Part shown: piece after piece, positions 1-10,130 of the stretch
Position numbering within the stretch: position 1 is the first letter of the stretch
How the letters are laid out: each line of letters starts with the position of its first letter
Assembly: GCA_963674855.2 (NCBI GenBank)
Contig: CAXXST010000001.1
Location: 458,744 to 522,743 of the forward strand
Direction of reading: 5' to 3'
Length of the DNA stretch: 64,000 nt
Source: Dehalococcoidales bacterium
GTDB lineage: Bacteria; Chloroflexota; Dehalococcoidia; Dehalococcoidales; G020351185
The notes under the pieces: model-generated
Told to the model about the DNA's origin: nothing
Databases searched by the model: none
The model's input: the letters and a program-made list of their open reading frames with translations, nothing else
Position numbers and translations under genes: made by a program

Positions 1-146
1 CAGCGGGACAGACGTTAAGCATAAAACACGATACCGTCAGCCGCGAATGCTATATGCCGGGGGTTATGCTGGCTGCCAGGGAAGTTGTTAAGCGCAAGGG
101 TTTAACAAAAGGGCTTGACAGCCTGCTGGGTCTATAGGAGGGCTCT

Positions 147-1166
147 ATGAAGGGGTACAGCGTAGCCGTTGTCGGCGCTACCGGCATGGTCGGGCAGGAA
201 TTCATAAAGATACTGGAACAGCGCAGCTTTCCGCTGTCTAAAATAAAGCTGCTGGCATCAGACCGCTCCGCCGGTAAAAAGCTTTTCTTCAACCATGATG
301 AAATAGAAGTTCAGGAGACAACGCCGGAATCATTCAAGGATGTTGATATCGCCCTTTTTTCCGCTGGCGGAGATGCCAGCCGCCACTTTTCACCGATAGC
401 GGCGCAATCCGGGGCGGTGGTTATAGATAACAGTTCCGCCTTTCGCATGGATCCCAAAGTGCCGCTGGTTGTGCCGGAAATAAACCCGGAAGATATAAAA
501 AAGCACAATGGAATTATCGCCAATCCCAACTGCTCAACAATCCAGATGGTGGTGGCTTTATATCCGCTGCACAGGGTTAATGCTATAAAGCGCATTGTGG
601 TCAGCACTTATCAGGCTGTATCGGGAACAGGTATAGCGGCGGTGGATGAACTGACGCTTCAATCTAAAAAAGTATTGGATGGGCAGGCTGTTACGCCGCA
701 CGTATATCCGCACCAGATAGCCTTTAACGTGCTGCCGGAAATAGATGTGTTTCTGGATAATGCTTATACAAAGGAAGAATGGAAGATGGTGGAAGAGACG
801 CGCAAGATTATGCACGCTGATAACATGGCAATATCAGCGACATGCGTCCGTGTGCCGGTGTTTACAAGTCATAGTGAGGCGGTAAGTATAGAGTTTGCCA
901 GCCAGATGTCGCCGGAAGAAGCCCGCCAGATTCTTTCCAATGCCCCTGGGGTTAAACTGCTTGACGATCCGGCTATTAGCCTTTATCCGCAGGCGTGGTC
1001 AGCGGCTGGCACAGACGATGTATATGTTGGCAGGATAAGGCGTGATGTTTCCCATGATAATGGGCTGGTTATGTGGGTGGTGGCTGATAATTTAAGGAAG
1101 GGCGCCGCCCTTAACGCCGTCCAGATTGCCGAAGAGGTTATAAAAAGAGACTGGTTGAAACCGTAA
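147..1166 (+). CDS. asd: aspartate-semialdehyde dehydrogenase
   Basis: 339-aa ORF with N-terminal Rossmann motif VGATGMVGQ and active-site Cys motif IANPNCSTI. It lies directly upstream of dapA. Confidence 0.95.
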   Translation: MKGYSVAVVGATGMVGQEFIKILEQRSFPLSKIKLLASDRSAGKKLFFNHDEIEVQETTPESFKDVDIALFSAGGDASRHFSPIAAQSGAVVIDNSSAFRMDPKVPLVVPEINPEDIKKHNGIIANPNCSTIQMVVALYPLHRVNAIKRIVVSTYQAVSGTGIAAVDELTLQSKKVLDGQAVTPHVYPHQIAFNVLPEIDVFLDNAYTKEEWKMVEETRKIMHADNMAISATCVRVPVFTSHSEAVSIEFASQMSPEEARQILSNAPGVKLLDDPAISLYPQAWSAAGTDDVYVGRIRRDVSHDNGLVMWVVADNLRKGAALNAVQIAEEVIKRDWLKP

Positions 1167-1231
1167 GATTAGGAAGTCTATTGACAAAGAGATAAGTATA
1201 GCGCAGAATGTGCACCTTCGGGAGATAAGCT

Positions 1232-2122
1232 ATGAAAGATTTAGGACGCGTAATAACAGCAATGGTAACCCCCTTTGATGAAAAGGGCGAGGTTGATTAT
1301 GAACAGGCAAAGCGGCTGGCGCTGGCGCTGCTGGATTCGGGCAGCCAGGGATTGGTGATTGTCGGCACTACCGGTGAATCACCAACGCTGCTGCGTGATG
1401 AAGAATTACGCCTTTTCAGAGAGATTAAGGCTGCTGTGGGTGATAGAGGTTCGGTAATTGCCGGCACCGGCAGTAACAGCACCGCCGAAGCAATATCAGC
1501 AACCAGGGCTGCCGAACAGCAGGGCGTAGATGCCTGCTTGCTGGTAGTGCCGTATTATAACAAGCCCACGCAGGATAATTTATACAACCACTTCAAGGCT
1601 ATCGCCGAAAGCACCGGCCTGCCCTGCATACTTTATAATGTGCCTTCACGCACCGTTACCAGCCTTTCGGCGGATACGGCGATACGGTTAAGTGAGATAG
1701 AAAACATTATCGGTGTGAAGGAAGCCAGCGGCAATATGGATGAAATCTCAAAGATTATAGAAAACACGCCTGATGATTTTATTGTATGGAGCGGCAACGA
1801 TGGCGATACCCTGCCCATAATGGCGCTGGGTGGTTATGGTGTTATAAGTGTGGCTTCTAACATTGTCGGCACGCAGATACGCCAGATGATAGACAGTTTT
1901 CTGGGGGGAGAAACAGCCGATGCCGCGGCGATACACCGAAATATGTTGCCGCTGATAAAGGCGCTTTTTGCAATCGCAAACCCAATGCCGGTGAAATATG
2001 CTATGAATTATGCGGGCTTTAAGGTGGGAAGCCCGCGCCCGCCCCTTTACGAGCCGGACGAAAAGACAGCCGCCCTGATACGGGAAACGCTTAAGAATTA
2101 TAAGATAGACCTGCCTGTTTAG
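1232..2122 (+). CDS. dapA: 4-hydroxy-tetrahydrodipicolinate synthase
   Basis: 296-aa ORF with DapA family motifs VGTTGESPTL and PYYNKP, and the catalytic Lys context GVKEASG. It follows asd. Confidence 0.95.
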   Translation: MKDLGRVITAMVTPFDEKGEVDYEQAKRLALALLDSGSQGLVIVGTTGESPTLLRDEELRLFREIKAAVGDRGSVIAGTGSNSTAEAISATRAAEQQGVDACLLVVPYYNKPTQDNLYNHFKAIAESTGLPCILYNVPSRTVTSLSADTAIRLSEIENIIGVKEASGNMDEISKIIENTPDDFIVWSGNDGDTLPIMALGGYGVISVASNIVGTQIRQMIDSFLGGETADAAAIHRNMLPLIKALFAIANPMPVKYAMNYAGFKVGSPRPPLYEPDEKTAALIRETLKNYKIDLPV

Positions 2123-3402
2123 AGGACAGGTCTCACTTCTATACTCTGCTCTCTTGAAGGTCCAACGCAGACGATATTAGTCTGGCAGCCGGTAAGTTCC
2201 TCCAGCCTGTTTATGTAGTTTCTGGCTTCAATGGGCAAATCTTCAAAATGCTGTATTGCGGTGGTATCGCTTAACCAGCCTTCCATTTCTTCATAAACAG
2301 GCTTGCATTTTTCCAGGTCTGAAGCAGCGGCGGGGAAGTAATCAATCTTCTTGCCGCCCAGTTCATAGGCGGTGCATATCTTAAGGTGAGAAAGGTTATC
2401 CAGCACGTCCAAACGGGTAAGCACCATTCCGCTGAAGCCGTTAATCTGGCGTGAAAAACGGGCGGCAACGGAATCAAACCAGCCGCAGCGTCGGGGTCTG
2501 CCGGTGGTGGTGCCGAATTCGTGGGCGCACTGGCGTATTTTTTCGCCGGTTTCATCAAGAAGCTCGGTGGGGAATGGTCCGCTGCCAACACGGGTGCAGT
2601 AAGTCTTGTAAACACCAAGGACACGGTCAACGTTTAATGGTCCGATGCCAGAACCCAGGCAAGCGCCTGCGGAAAGCGGCGATGAAGAAGTGGCATAGGG
2701 ATATGTGCCGAAATCAGTATCAAGCAGGGCGCCCTGCGCCCCCTCAAGAATGATAAGCTCGTTATGGGAAAGGGCAGCCTGCACCAGAACGACACTGTCC
2801 TTAATATAAGCCGAGAGACGCTCGCCCTGTTGGCATAACTGATCATAAACTTCGTCAAGCGAAAGCGGCTCTGCGCCATAGACTTTGGTAAGTATTTTAT
2901 TTTTGTGCGCCAGCACCGGGCGCAGCCTTTCCAGCAGGGCGTTTTTATCAAGCAGATCACCAATGCGGATGCCCAGGCGGGCACTTTTATCGGCAAAAGC
3001 AGGACCGATGCCGCGGCGTGTCGTGCCGATGGCATTGCCGGCGCGTGATTCCTCTTCAAGCCCATCCAAACGGATGTGGTAGGGCATAACCAGATGGGCG
3101 CGGTTGCTTATAACCAGGCGGCTGGTGTCTATGCCTCGCTGGTTAAGATTGTCAATTTCATCAATAAGTTTACCGGGGTTGATAACTACGCCATTACCGA
3201 TTATACAGGTGGCGGCGGTGGTAAAGATGCCGGAAGGAACTATATGCAGTTTGAATTCACCGTGCTGATTGATAACGGTATGACCGGCGTTATCACCGCC
3301 GGAAAAGCGGACGACCATTTGTGCTTTCTCGGCAAGCTGGTCAACTACCTTGCCTTTGCCTTCGTCTCCCCATTGTGCGCCCAGAATAGCGATAACCGGC
3401 AT
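2119..3402 (-). CDS. purA: adenylosuccinate synthetase
   Basis: 427-aa ORF with P-loop GAQWGDEGKGK and the motifs GGDNAGHT and TTRRGIGPAF. Confidence 0.96.
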   Translation of the reverse strand: MPVIAILGAQWGDEGKGKVVDQLAEKAQMVVRFSGGDNAGHTVINQHGEFKLHIVPSGIFTTAATCIIGNGVVINPGKLIDEIDNLNQRGIDTSRLVISNRAHLVMPYHIRLDGLEEESRAGNAIGTTRRGIGPAFADKSARLGIRIGDLLDKNALLERLRPVLAHKNKILTKVYGAEPLSLDEVYDQLCQQGERLSAYIKDSVVLVQAALSHNELIILEGAQGALLDTDFGTYPYATSSSPLSAGACLGSGIGPLNVDRVLGVYKTYCTRVGSGPFPTELLDETGEKIRQCAHEFGTTTGRPRRCGWFDSVAARFSRQINGFSGMVLTRLDVLDNLSHLKICTAYELGGKKIDYFPAAASDLEKCKPVYEEMEGWLSDTTAIQHFEDLPIEARNYINRLEELTGCQTNIVCVGPSREQSIEVRPVL

Positions 3403-3411
3403 AGCTCCCCC

Positions 3412-4005
3412 TTATAACTGCCTGTCTTTTGCCCGCTGCCAGACATGGAACAATCTGTGTCCGGCAGTAAACAGGCTAAAAGCGGCTATAACCGCCAGGG
3501 CAATAAACAACTGGTCTGTAAAAAGCCCCAGCGACAGTATGATAATTCTTTCCGGGCGGGTGAAAACCCCCACCGTGCATGAAATACCGGCTCCCTCTGC
3601 CCTGGCTCTTATATAGCTTACCAGCATGGAAGAAAGCATAACCGCACCGACCAAAACGACCCCGCCTGTGGAGCCTTCATTGGCGAATAGATAGAGAATG
3701 GCGATAAGCGTAACGCCTTCTGACATTCTATCCAGCGTTGAATCAAAAACGGCGCCGAAGCGTGTAGAGCGGTTGGTATGGCGTGCCAGCGCGCCGTCCA
3801 GCATATCCAGAAAACTGCCGAAAAGCACAACAAAACCGGCTGCCAAAAGGTAATCCGTGGCGATAAGCGCTGCCGCGCCGCCAGCCAGCAGAAAGCTGAA
3901 AACAGTCAGCGCATTGGGCGTAACGGGGGTTTTGGCTAATAATTTAACTATAGGGTCTGTTATAAAAACAGACACAATCTTGCGAAACCGTGATAAAGCC
4001 GTCAT
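3412..4005 (-). CDS. CDP-alcohol phosphatidyltransferase, candidate phosphatidylinositol-phosphate synthase
   Basis: 197-aa polytopic ORF carrying the full CDP-alcohol motif D-x2-DG-x2-AR-x8-G-x3-D-x3-D (LDMLDGALARHTNRSTRFGAVFDSTLDRM). The inositol specificity is inferred only from its clustering with ino1 and the PimA-like GT. Confidence 0.75.
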   Translation of the reverse strand: MTALSRFRKIVSVFITDPIVKLLAKTPVTPNALTVFSFLLAGGAAALIATDYLLAAGFVVLFGSFLDMLDGALARHTNRSTRFGAVFDSTLDRMSEGVTLIAILYLFANEGSTGGVVLVGAVMLSSMLVSYIRARAEGAGISCTVGVFTRPERIIILSLGLFTDQLFIALAVIAAFSLFTAGHRLFHVWQRAKDRQL

Positions 4006-4045
4006 TAAATATACTCACCTGAAAATAATATTTTATGATAATCCT

Positions 4046-5218
4046 TCAAACAGAATTTGATACAGAATTGTTTTTAGCCGCAGAATGCCGGTTAGGAGCG
4101 GATTCAAGGGTTTTGGTATAGTAATCAGCAACCCGGCGGGCAATTATATCCCAACTGTGTTCCTGTGCGTTAACCAGTCCCCTTTTCCCCATCCTTTGCC
4201 GCAGCGGCTGATTTTCTATAAGCGACGAAATGGCACGAGATAACGCTATTTCGTTCTTTGGTTCTACCAGCAAACCTTCCTTGCCGCTGGTAATAACACT
4301 GGCATAACCTTCAATGTTAGTAGCAACCACTGGCTTACCCAGAGCCATAGCCTCTAAAAGGACGATGCCGAAGCTTTCGCCGCCGGTTGCAGGAGAGCAA
4401 AAAATATCAGCCGTTTTATAATAGCGCGGCAGTTCGTCATAGGAAACCATACCGCGAAATACGATATCTTCAATATCGTTGCGTTTAACAAACTTTTCGT
4501 ATTTACGGCGGAATCTGACGCCGGGACCAACGACAATAAGACGGCAGTTGGGGTGGGTCCTCTTGACGCGGCGGTAAGCCCGCAGCAGATAGTTCAGCCC
4601 CTTGCGCTTTTCAAGGCGTCCTACGAATAGGATGTTCAGTTTGTCATCAACGAACTCCTCAATGGGTGCAGCATCAGGACAAAAATGCTTAAGGTCTATG
4701 CCGTTGGGAATAATATCATATTCGCCGTTTATATACTTGCTGGCATAGTTCTTGGCAGCGTTGGAAACGGCTATCCTGCCGTCCAGCTTGCGCTGGCGCA
4801 GCCGCAGTAAAATCTTGGAAAAAGGCCAGCCAAAGTTATAGCCGGGGCTGCCGTGGCAGGCATGGAAGGTGCCGATGTTAACCGCATTTGAAAAACGCAG
4901 CACGGCGCTGCATAGCATCGGCATAAACGGCTCATGAAGGTGAACAATATCAAACTTTTCACGCTCCATCACTTCTTGTATCTTGGACGCCAGTCGTAAT
5001 GAAAAACTTATGCGGATAGTAGTGCCGCGCACGGGGAACGGGCGCGCCTTGCCGATATGCAGAAAACGGTCATCATCAGCAGCGATTGAATGTGAAAGGG
5101 GAGATATAATCTTGACCTCGTGCCCCATATCTGTAAGCTGCTGATTAAGGGCGAGGATATGGTTGACAACACCCCCCGGATGACTAAAGTCATAAGGCGA
5201 AACCAGCGCAATCTTCAT
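4046..5218 (-). CDS. GT4 (GT-B fold) glycosyltransferase, PimA-like (candidate phosphatidylinositol mannosyltransferase)
   Basis: 390-aa ORF. The N-terminus MKIALVSPYDFSHPGGVVNHILAL..GHEV, the HLHEP motif and the GGESFGIVLLEAMALGKPVVA (E-x7-E region) closely resemble mycobacterial PimA as I recall it. It lies between a CDP-alcohol transferase and ino1. Confidence 0.7.
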   Translation of the reverse strand: MKIALVSPYDFSHPGGVVNHILALNQQLTDMGHEVKIISPLSHSIAADDDRFLHIGKARPFPVRGTTIRISFSLRLASKIQEVMEREKFDIVHLHEPFMPMLCSAVLRFSNAVNIGTFHACHGSPGYNFGWPFSKILLRLRQRKLDGRIAVSNAAKNYASKYINGEYDIIPNGIDLKHFCPDAAPIEEFVDDKLNILFVGRLEKRKGLNYLLRAYRRVKRTHPNCRLIVVGPGVRFRRKYEKFVKRNDIEDIVFRGMVSYDELPRYYKTADIFCSPATGGESFGIVLLEAMALGKPVVATNIEGYASVITSGKEGLLVEPKNEIALSRAISSLIENQPLRQRMGKRGLVNAQEHSWDIIARRVADYYTKTLESAPNRHSAAKNNSVSNSV

Positions 5219-5286
5219 AAAAAAACCGCCTTAATTACTTTGTTCCGTGTTTTATGTACCGCAAATCTATACAGCCTGATTCCCTG

Positions 5287-6390
5287 TTATTTTGAAGGCT
5301 TTTCAACAGGTTTGCACTCCGGTTGCTGGGTTATATATTCCTCAACCTTGCGGTGGGCTTCGTCATCTGTGTACTGCACCGGCGGTGACTTCATAAAATA
5401 TGAAGAGGGAGCTTTAAGCGCGCCCTTGATACCCCTGTCCAGAGCCAGCTTGCAGCAGCGGATGGCGTCTATAACCACGCCGGCAGAGTTGGGGCTGTCC
5501 CAGACCTCCAGCTTAAGCTCAAGGTTCAGCGGCACATCTCCGAATGCTTTGCCCTCCATGCGGATGTGGCAGAACTTACGGTCATCCAGCCAGGGAACAT
5601 GGTCGCTGGGACCTATATGGATATCGTCCGGGTCCAGCTTGTAGTCTAATTGGGAAGTAACAGAGTTTGTCTTGGATATCTTCTTGGATTCAAGGCGCTC
5701 GCGCTCCAGCATATTAAGAAAGTCAGTATTGCCGCCGAAGTTGAGCTGGTAGGTTTTTTCCATCCTGACGCCGCGGTCCTGGAAGAGGCGCGTCAGCACG
5801 CGGTGGACTATGGTTGCCCCCACCTGGGATTTAATATCATCACCGATGATGGGCAAACCCCTCTTTTCAAAGCGCTGCTGCCAGTATTTCTCACGGGCGA
5901 TAAAGACCGGAATGCAGTTTATAAAACCGCAGCCGGCTTCCAGTATCTGCTCTACATACCATTTGGTGGCTTCTTCGCTGCCTACCGGCAGGTAACTTAT
6001 GACTACATCTGTCTTGGTGTCTTTCAGGATTTTAACAATATCGGCGGTTGGTCCGGGCGCCTTTTCTATAACCTGTGATAGATATTTACCCAACCCGTCA
6101 TGCGTCATACCGCGTTCAACTTTGACGCCTAAAGGCGGCACTTCGCTGAATTTGAAGGTGTTGTTGGGAGGAGCGAAGATAGCCGTTGCCATATCCTTGC
6201 CGACCTTGTTCTTATCAATATCAAAGGCGGCTACGAAGTTAATATCGCTTATGTGATAACCGCCGAGGTTTGTGTGCATCAGACCGGGGATAAACTCAAT
6301 ATCCTTTGCTTTTTTATAGTATTCAACGCCTTGCACAAGCGATGAACAACAGTTGCCGACACCTATTACTGCTACATTTATTTTACCCAA
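5287..6390 (-). CDS. ino1: myo-inositol-1-phosphate synthase
   Basis: MIPS family ORF with NAD-binding N-terminus [18 protein letters not shown] and a conserved core. The track ORF runs to 6540, but that part has no homology-like sequence and overlaps a small conserved gene. I place the start at TTG 6390, preceded by GAAAGGGG (SD-like), giving 367 aa. Confidence 0.88.
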   Translation of the reverse strand: MGKINVAVIGVGNCCSSLVQGVEYYKKAKDIEFIPGLMHTNLGGYHISDINFVAAFDIDKNKVGKDMATAIFAPPNNTFKFSEVPPLGVKVERGMTHDGLGKYLSQVIEKAPGPTADIVKILKDTKTDVVISYLPVGSEEATKWYVEQILEAGCGFINCIPVFIAREKYWQQRFEKRGLPIIGDDIKSQVGATIVHRVLTRLFQDRGVRMEKTYQLNFGGNTDFLNMLERERLESKKISKTNSVTSQLDYKLDPDDIHIGPSDHVPWLDDRKFCHIRMEGKAFGDVPLNLELKLEVWDSPNSAGVVIDAIRCCKLALDRGIKGALKAPSSYFMKSPPVQYTDDEAHRKVEEYITQQPECKPVEKPSK

Positions 6391-6505
6391 GTTAAGACCC
6401 CTTTCCAGTAAAAGCCAGGATTTTGGCGCAGGCTTCACTGCGATTAATAAGTTGTTTCTTTGCACGTTCCGGATATACGCTGCGAGTGCCGTTTTTAAGT
6501 TACAA

Positions 6506-6664
6506 CTAACACTTGCCGATGCGGAATACCCTGGTATCACAAACGGGGCAGATACCCTGCGTAGCCGGACGACCGTTCTTAAGGGTAATACGTTGCGGAT
6601 TCTTTATATCCCTCTTGGCGCGGCATTTAACACAATAAGCCTGCAACGATTTTACCCCCTGCAA
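6506..6664 (-). CDS. small zinc-ribbon protein (CxxC...CxxC), DUF5679-like, paralog of 40429..40569
   Basis: Hand-translated 52-aa ORF below the track cutoff: (TTG)[52 protein letters not shown]. It is about 75% identical by eye to the 46-aa ORF at 40429. The start is TTG and the SD is weak. Confidence 0.7.
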   Translation of the reverse strand: MQGVKSLQAYCVKCRAKRDIKNPQRITLKNGRPATQGICPVCDTRVFRIGKC

Positions 6665-6723
6665 AACACTTTCTGAACTATAGCTATTTATAGCTGGATT
6701 GTCAAGGGTTGTGCCTGCTGGCT

Positions 6724-7614
6724 TCAGGCAAAGACCTTTTGCGGATGCCAGTTATCCTTTTCGGCATCAAAAACAAGTATCGCCAGCAGGTCATCCTCAT
6801 TATCATAGGCAAGGCATCTTTCGGTAACATCAGCCTTGACATGAATGTCCGTAATATCAATGCCGCTGCCGTATCTTATAAGCTGCGCTTTTTCATCATC
6901 AACGGTAATTTTCTGCCAGCTTTGCAGCACGCTGTCTATTGCATATACATATTTTTGCCAGTCATTGTCTTTTACCGCAGTCTCAAGCAGGGAAGGGGAA
7001 ACGGCGTCTTCAATAATAAAAGGTCCATAGGCAAGGCGGGCAAGCGCGCTGACGTGGGCGCCGCAGCCCAGCGCCTCTCCCAAATCATGCGCCAGAGAAC
7101 GGATATAAGTGCCGCGGCTGCATTCAATATCCAGCACAACAAGAGGCGGTTTGAATGAAACCAGATCCAGGCGGTATATGTGAGCCGGACGGCTCTTGCG
7201 TTCAACGCTGACGCCTTCTCTGGCAAGGCTGTATAGACGCTGCCCGTTATGCTTGACGGCGCTGAACATCGGTGGTGTCTGCTGTATATCCCCCCGAAAA
7301 CCTTCCAGAGACTTTTCAAGTTGCCGGCGGCTGACGGAGGAATAATCCGCCTGCATGGTTATTTTACCGGCGGCATCGTATGAATCAGTGGAAGTGCCAA
7401 GCACTATTTCTGCGCGGTAGAGCTTGTTGTCTTCCTGAAGGTATTCAATAACCCTGGTAGCCTTCCCGAAGCATATTGGAAGCACGCCTTCTGCCATCGG
7501 GTCAAGTGTGCCGGCATGACCGACACGTTTTTCCCCGATGAGCCTTCTGACAGCGGAAACGACACCAAAAGAAGTAATACCCGCAGGTTTACAGATATTG
7601 AGTATGCCGTTCAT
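6724..7614 (-). CDS. truB: tRNA pseudouridine(55) synthase
   Basis: 296-aa ORF with catalytic Asp motif GHAGTLDPMAEGVL and a C-terminal PUA-like region. It occupies the conserved position after rbfA. Confidence 0.94.
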   Translation of the reverse strand: MNGILNICKPAGITSFGVVSAVRRLIGEKRVGHAGTLDPMAEGVLPICFGKATRVIEYLQEDNKLYRAEIVLGTSTDSYDAAGKITMQADYSSVSRRQLEKSLEGFRGDIQQTPPMFSAVKHNGQRLYSLAREGVSVERKSRPAHIYRLDLVSFKPPLVVLDIECSRGTYIRSLAHDLGEALGCGAHVSALARLAYGPFIIEDAVSPSLLETAVKDNDWQKYVYAIDSVLQSWQKITVDDEKAQLIRYGSGIDITDIHVKADVTERCLAYDNEDDLLAILVFDAEKDNWHPQKVFA

Positions 7615-7617
7615 TAA

Positions 7618-7974
7618 TCATTCCTGGCGGTATTGATTTGAAACCCTGTCTATAAGCTCCTGTAAATGAGCCCCTTTTTCAATGGAATCGTCCCAGAAGA
7701 ATTCAAGTATGGGAACGTGGCGCAGCGTCAGGCGTTTCATGAGTTCATTGTGAAAAAAGCCGGAAGCGGATGACAGCGCAGCCATAAGCTCTTCTCTTTC
7801 CTCTTCGCTACACAGGCAGCTTACATATACTTTTGCATATTTGAGGTCGGCGGCGGTATCTACTTCGGTTATGGAAATCAACCCGCCCAGACGCGGGTCT
7901 TTAACCTCGCGGCGCAGAAGCTCGCTTATTTCCTGGCGGATGAGTTGGTTCACCCGCTCTATACGGTGAGACAT
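7618..7974 (-). CDS. rbfA: ribosome-binding factor A
   Basis: 118-aa ORF with RbfA-like N-terminus RVNQLIRQEISELL..DPRL, located in the infB-rbfA-truB order. Confidence 0.92.
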   Translation of the reverse strand: MSHRIERVNQLIRQEISELLRREVKDPRLGGLISITEVDTAADLKYAKVYVSCLCSEEEREELMAALSSASGFFHNELMKRLTLRHVPILEFFWDDSIEKGAHLQELIDRVSNQYRQE

Positions 7975-7986
7975 AATAAAAATATC

Positions 7987-9819
7987 CTAGCCGGATTTCT
8001 GGCGTTTAAAGAACTCCAGCGTGTCACCGGTCTTAAAATCAGCAAAATCCTTAACTACAATACCGCACTCGTAACCAGAGGTAACCTCTTTGACATCGTC
8101 CTTAAAACGCCTCAGGCTGTCAACGGAGGATTCTGTAAGGATTTTAGTACCACGGCGCAGCCTTACAGATGACCCCCGGCTGGCTTTACCTTCAGTGATA
8201 TAAATACCGGCGACAACCTTCTTTTTACTGCTGGGGAATACAGCCCTTACCTCTGCCCGTCCTTCAACCACCTCTACATATTCCGGCTCAAGCATACCCT
8301 TGAGCGCCTTTTCAACGTCGTCAATCATTTTATAGATAATCTTATAGTTACGGATGTCTATGCCTTCGGCGTCCGCCAGACGCTGCGCCCCGGATTCAAC
8401 CCCCGTATTAAAGGCGACGATAAGACCCTTTGAGGCGATAGCCAGCATAACATCGCTTTCGGTTACGTTGCCGCTGCCGCTGTGAATAAGGTTTACCTTT
8501 ATCTTGTCTGTGCTGAGTTTTTCAATGGAATCCTTGATAGGCTCAATGCTGCCCTGGACGTCCACTTTAACAACTATATTAAGCTCTTTAACCTGACCGG
8601 CGTCAATCTGGTCCAGGATATTGGTGAGGCTGACGCCTTTAACCGCAGCAGCATACGCCTGCCTGTTTTTCTCTGCTATATCGCGCGCCTGATGTTCATC
8701 TGTTACGGCGCTAAGCGTATCGCCTACCTGGGGAACTTCGTGCAGCCCAAGCACAACCACCGGTGTTGAAGGTTTGGCTTTGCGGACGCGCTTGCCGGCA
8801 TCGTTAAACATTGCCTTTACGCGTCCCCATGTTGTGCCGACAACAACAGTATCACCAGCTTTAAGGCTGCCGTCATGCACCAGCACAGTTGCCAGCGGGC
8901 CTTTGGTCTTATCCATTTTAGCTTCAACGACAACACCCTTGGCGGATTGTGAGGGGTCTGCCTTGAGATTTTCCATTTCGGAAACCAGCAGCAGGTTTTC
9001 AAGCAGTTCAGGGATGCCCTTGTTAGCCTTTGCCGAGGTCATTACGCAGATTGTTTCACCACCCCATTCCTCTATAACCAGCCCGTTATCGGCAAGCTGT
9101 TGCTTGACGACATCCGGGTTAGCGTTGGCTTTATCTATCTTGTTTATAGCCACTACGATAGGTACACCGGCGGCTTTGGCATGGTCAATGGCTTCCAGTG
9201 TCTGCGGTTTTACTCCGTCATCAGCGGCGACGACAAGAATGGTTATATCAGTAGCCCTTGCGCCGCGGGCGCGCATAGCTGTAAAGGCTTCATGCCCCGG
9301 CGTATCCAGAAAGGTAATCTTGTGACCTTCAATCTCCACCTGGTAAGCGCCTATATGCTGGGTGATACCGCCGGCTTCGGTATCCATAACGTTTGTCTGG
9401 CGGATGGCGTCCAGCAGCCTGGTCTTACCGTGATCTACATGCCCCATAATGGTTACTACCGGCGGGCGGGATTTAAGGTTGCCGCCTTCTTCGGCTAGTA
9501 GTTGCTGCTTTTTTATTTCGCTTATAACGCTGGCTGCTTTGCGTGAAGATTGCGGTTGGGGTTGGGCTTTGAAACCGAAACTGGCAGCCACCAGCGAAGC
9601 GGCATCATAGTCTACAACCTGGTTAATATTCGCCATAATACCGCCCTTCATAAGCTGTTTTATGGCATCCACAGCGCTGACGTTAAGCAATTCGGAAAGC
9701 TGCCTGACGCTGAGGCTGTGCGGCAGTTCTATGCTTTTAGTTTCTGCCTCTGGCGTGGTGTCATCACCGGTTGCCGGTGATGGTGTATCCGTATTTTCAT
9801 TTTCATCTAATGCAGACAT
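7987..9819 (-). CDS. infB: translation initiation factor IF-2
   Basis: 610-aa ORF with G-domain motifs [16 protein letters not shown] and NKID, plus C-terminal IF2 domains. It has a short N-terminal region. Confidence 0.96.
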   Translation of the reverse strand: MSALDENENTDTPSPATGDDTTPEAETKSIELPHSLSVRQLSELLNVSAVDAIKQLMKGGIMANINQVVDYDAASLVAASFGFKAQPQPQSSRKAASVISEIKKQQLLAEEGGNLKSRPPVVTIMGHVDHGKTRLLDAIRQTNVMDTEAGGITQHIGAYQVEIEGHKITFLDTPGHEAFTAMRARGARATDITILVVAADDGVKPQTLEAIDHAKAAGVPIVVAINKIDKANANPDVVKQQLADNGLVIEEWGGETICVMTSAKANKGIPELLENLLLVSEMENLKADPSQSAKGVVVEAKMDKTKGPLATVLVHDGSLKAGDTVVVGTTWGRVKAMFNDAGKRVRKAKPSTPVVVLGLHEVPQVGDTLSAVTDEHQARDIAEKNRQAYAAAVKGVSLTNILDQIDAGQVKELNIVVKVDVQGSIEPIKDSIEKLSTDKIKVNLIHSGSGNVTESDVMLAIASKGLIVAFNTGVESGAQRLADAEGIDIRNYKIIYKMIDDVEKALKGMLEPEYVEVVEGRAEVRAVFPSSKKKVVAGIYITEGKASRGSSVRLRRGTKILTESSVDSLRRFKDDVKEVTSGYECGIVVKDFADFKTGDTLEFFKRQKSG

Positions 9820-10130
9820 TAAAGACCCCCGATCAATGACCTGCCATATTCGGCAAGCTGCTCCCGGTTTTCACTGCTAATTTTAGCTTTCAGGGCATGC
9901 TCAATTTGGTTACCCGCCAACCCTTTTTGCCAGCATTGCGGCAGTTGGCAAAGGTAGGCGCCGCGCCCCGGCTGCCGTCCGGCGCTATCAACTGATACAA
10001 CGCCGCTGGCGTTGCTTACCAGGCGCACAAGTTGCCGCTTATCTTTAACCTGGCGACAGGCAACACAGGTGCGCTGTGGTGTGCGTTTATTCGAATTCGA
10101 CCTCGTCGTCATCATATATCTCAACGTCAC
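9819..10130 (-). CDS. ylxR: YlxR/DUF448 family RNA-binding protein
   Basis: ORF with the RTCVACR...GRGAYLC signature, sitting between nusA and infB. The true start is probably one of the internal Met codons (10115 or 10112), because the 5' end overlaps the nusA 3' end. Confidence 0.8.
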   Translation of the reverse strand: MTLRYMMTTRSNSNKRTPQRTCVACRQVKDKRQLVRLVSNASGVVSVDSAGRQPGRGAYLCQLPQCWQKGLAGNQIEHALKAKISSENREQLAEYGRSLIGGL

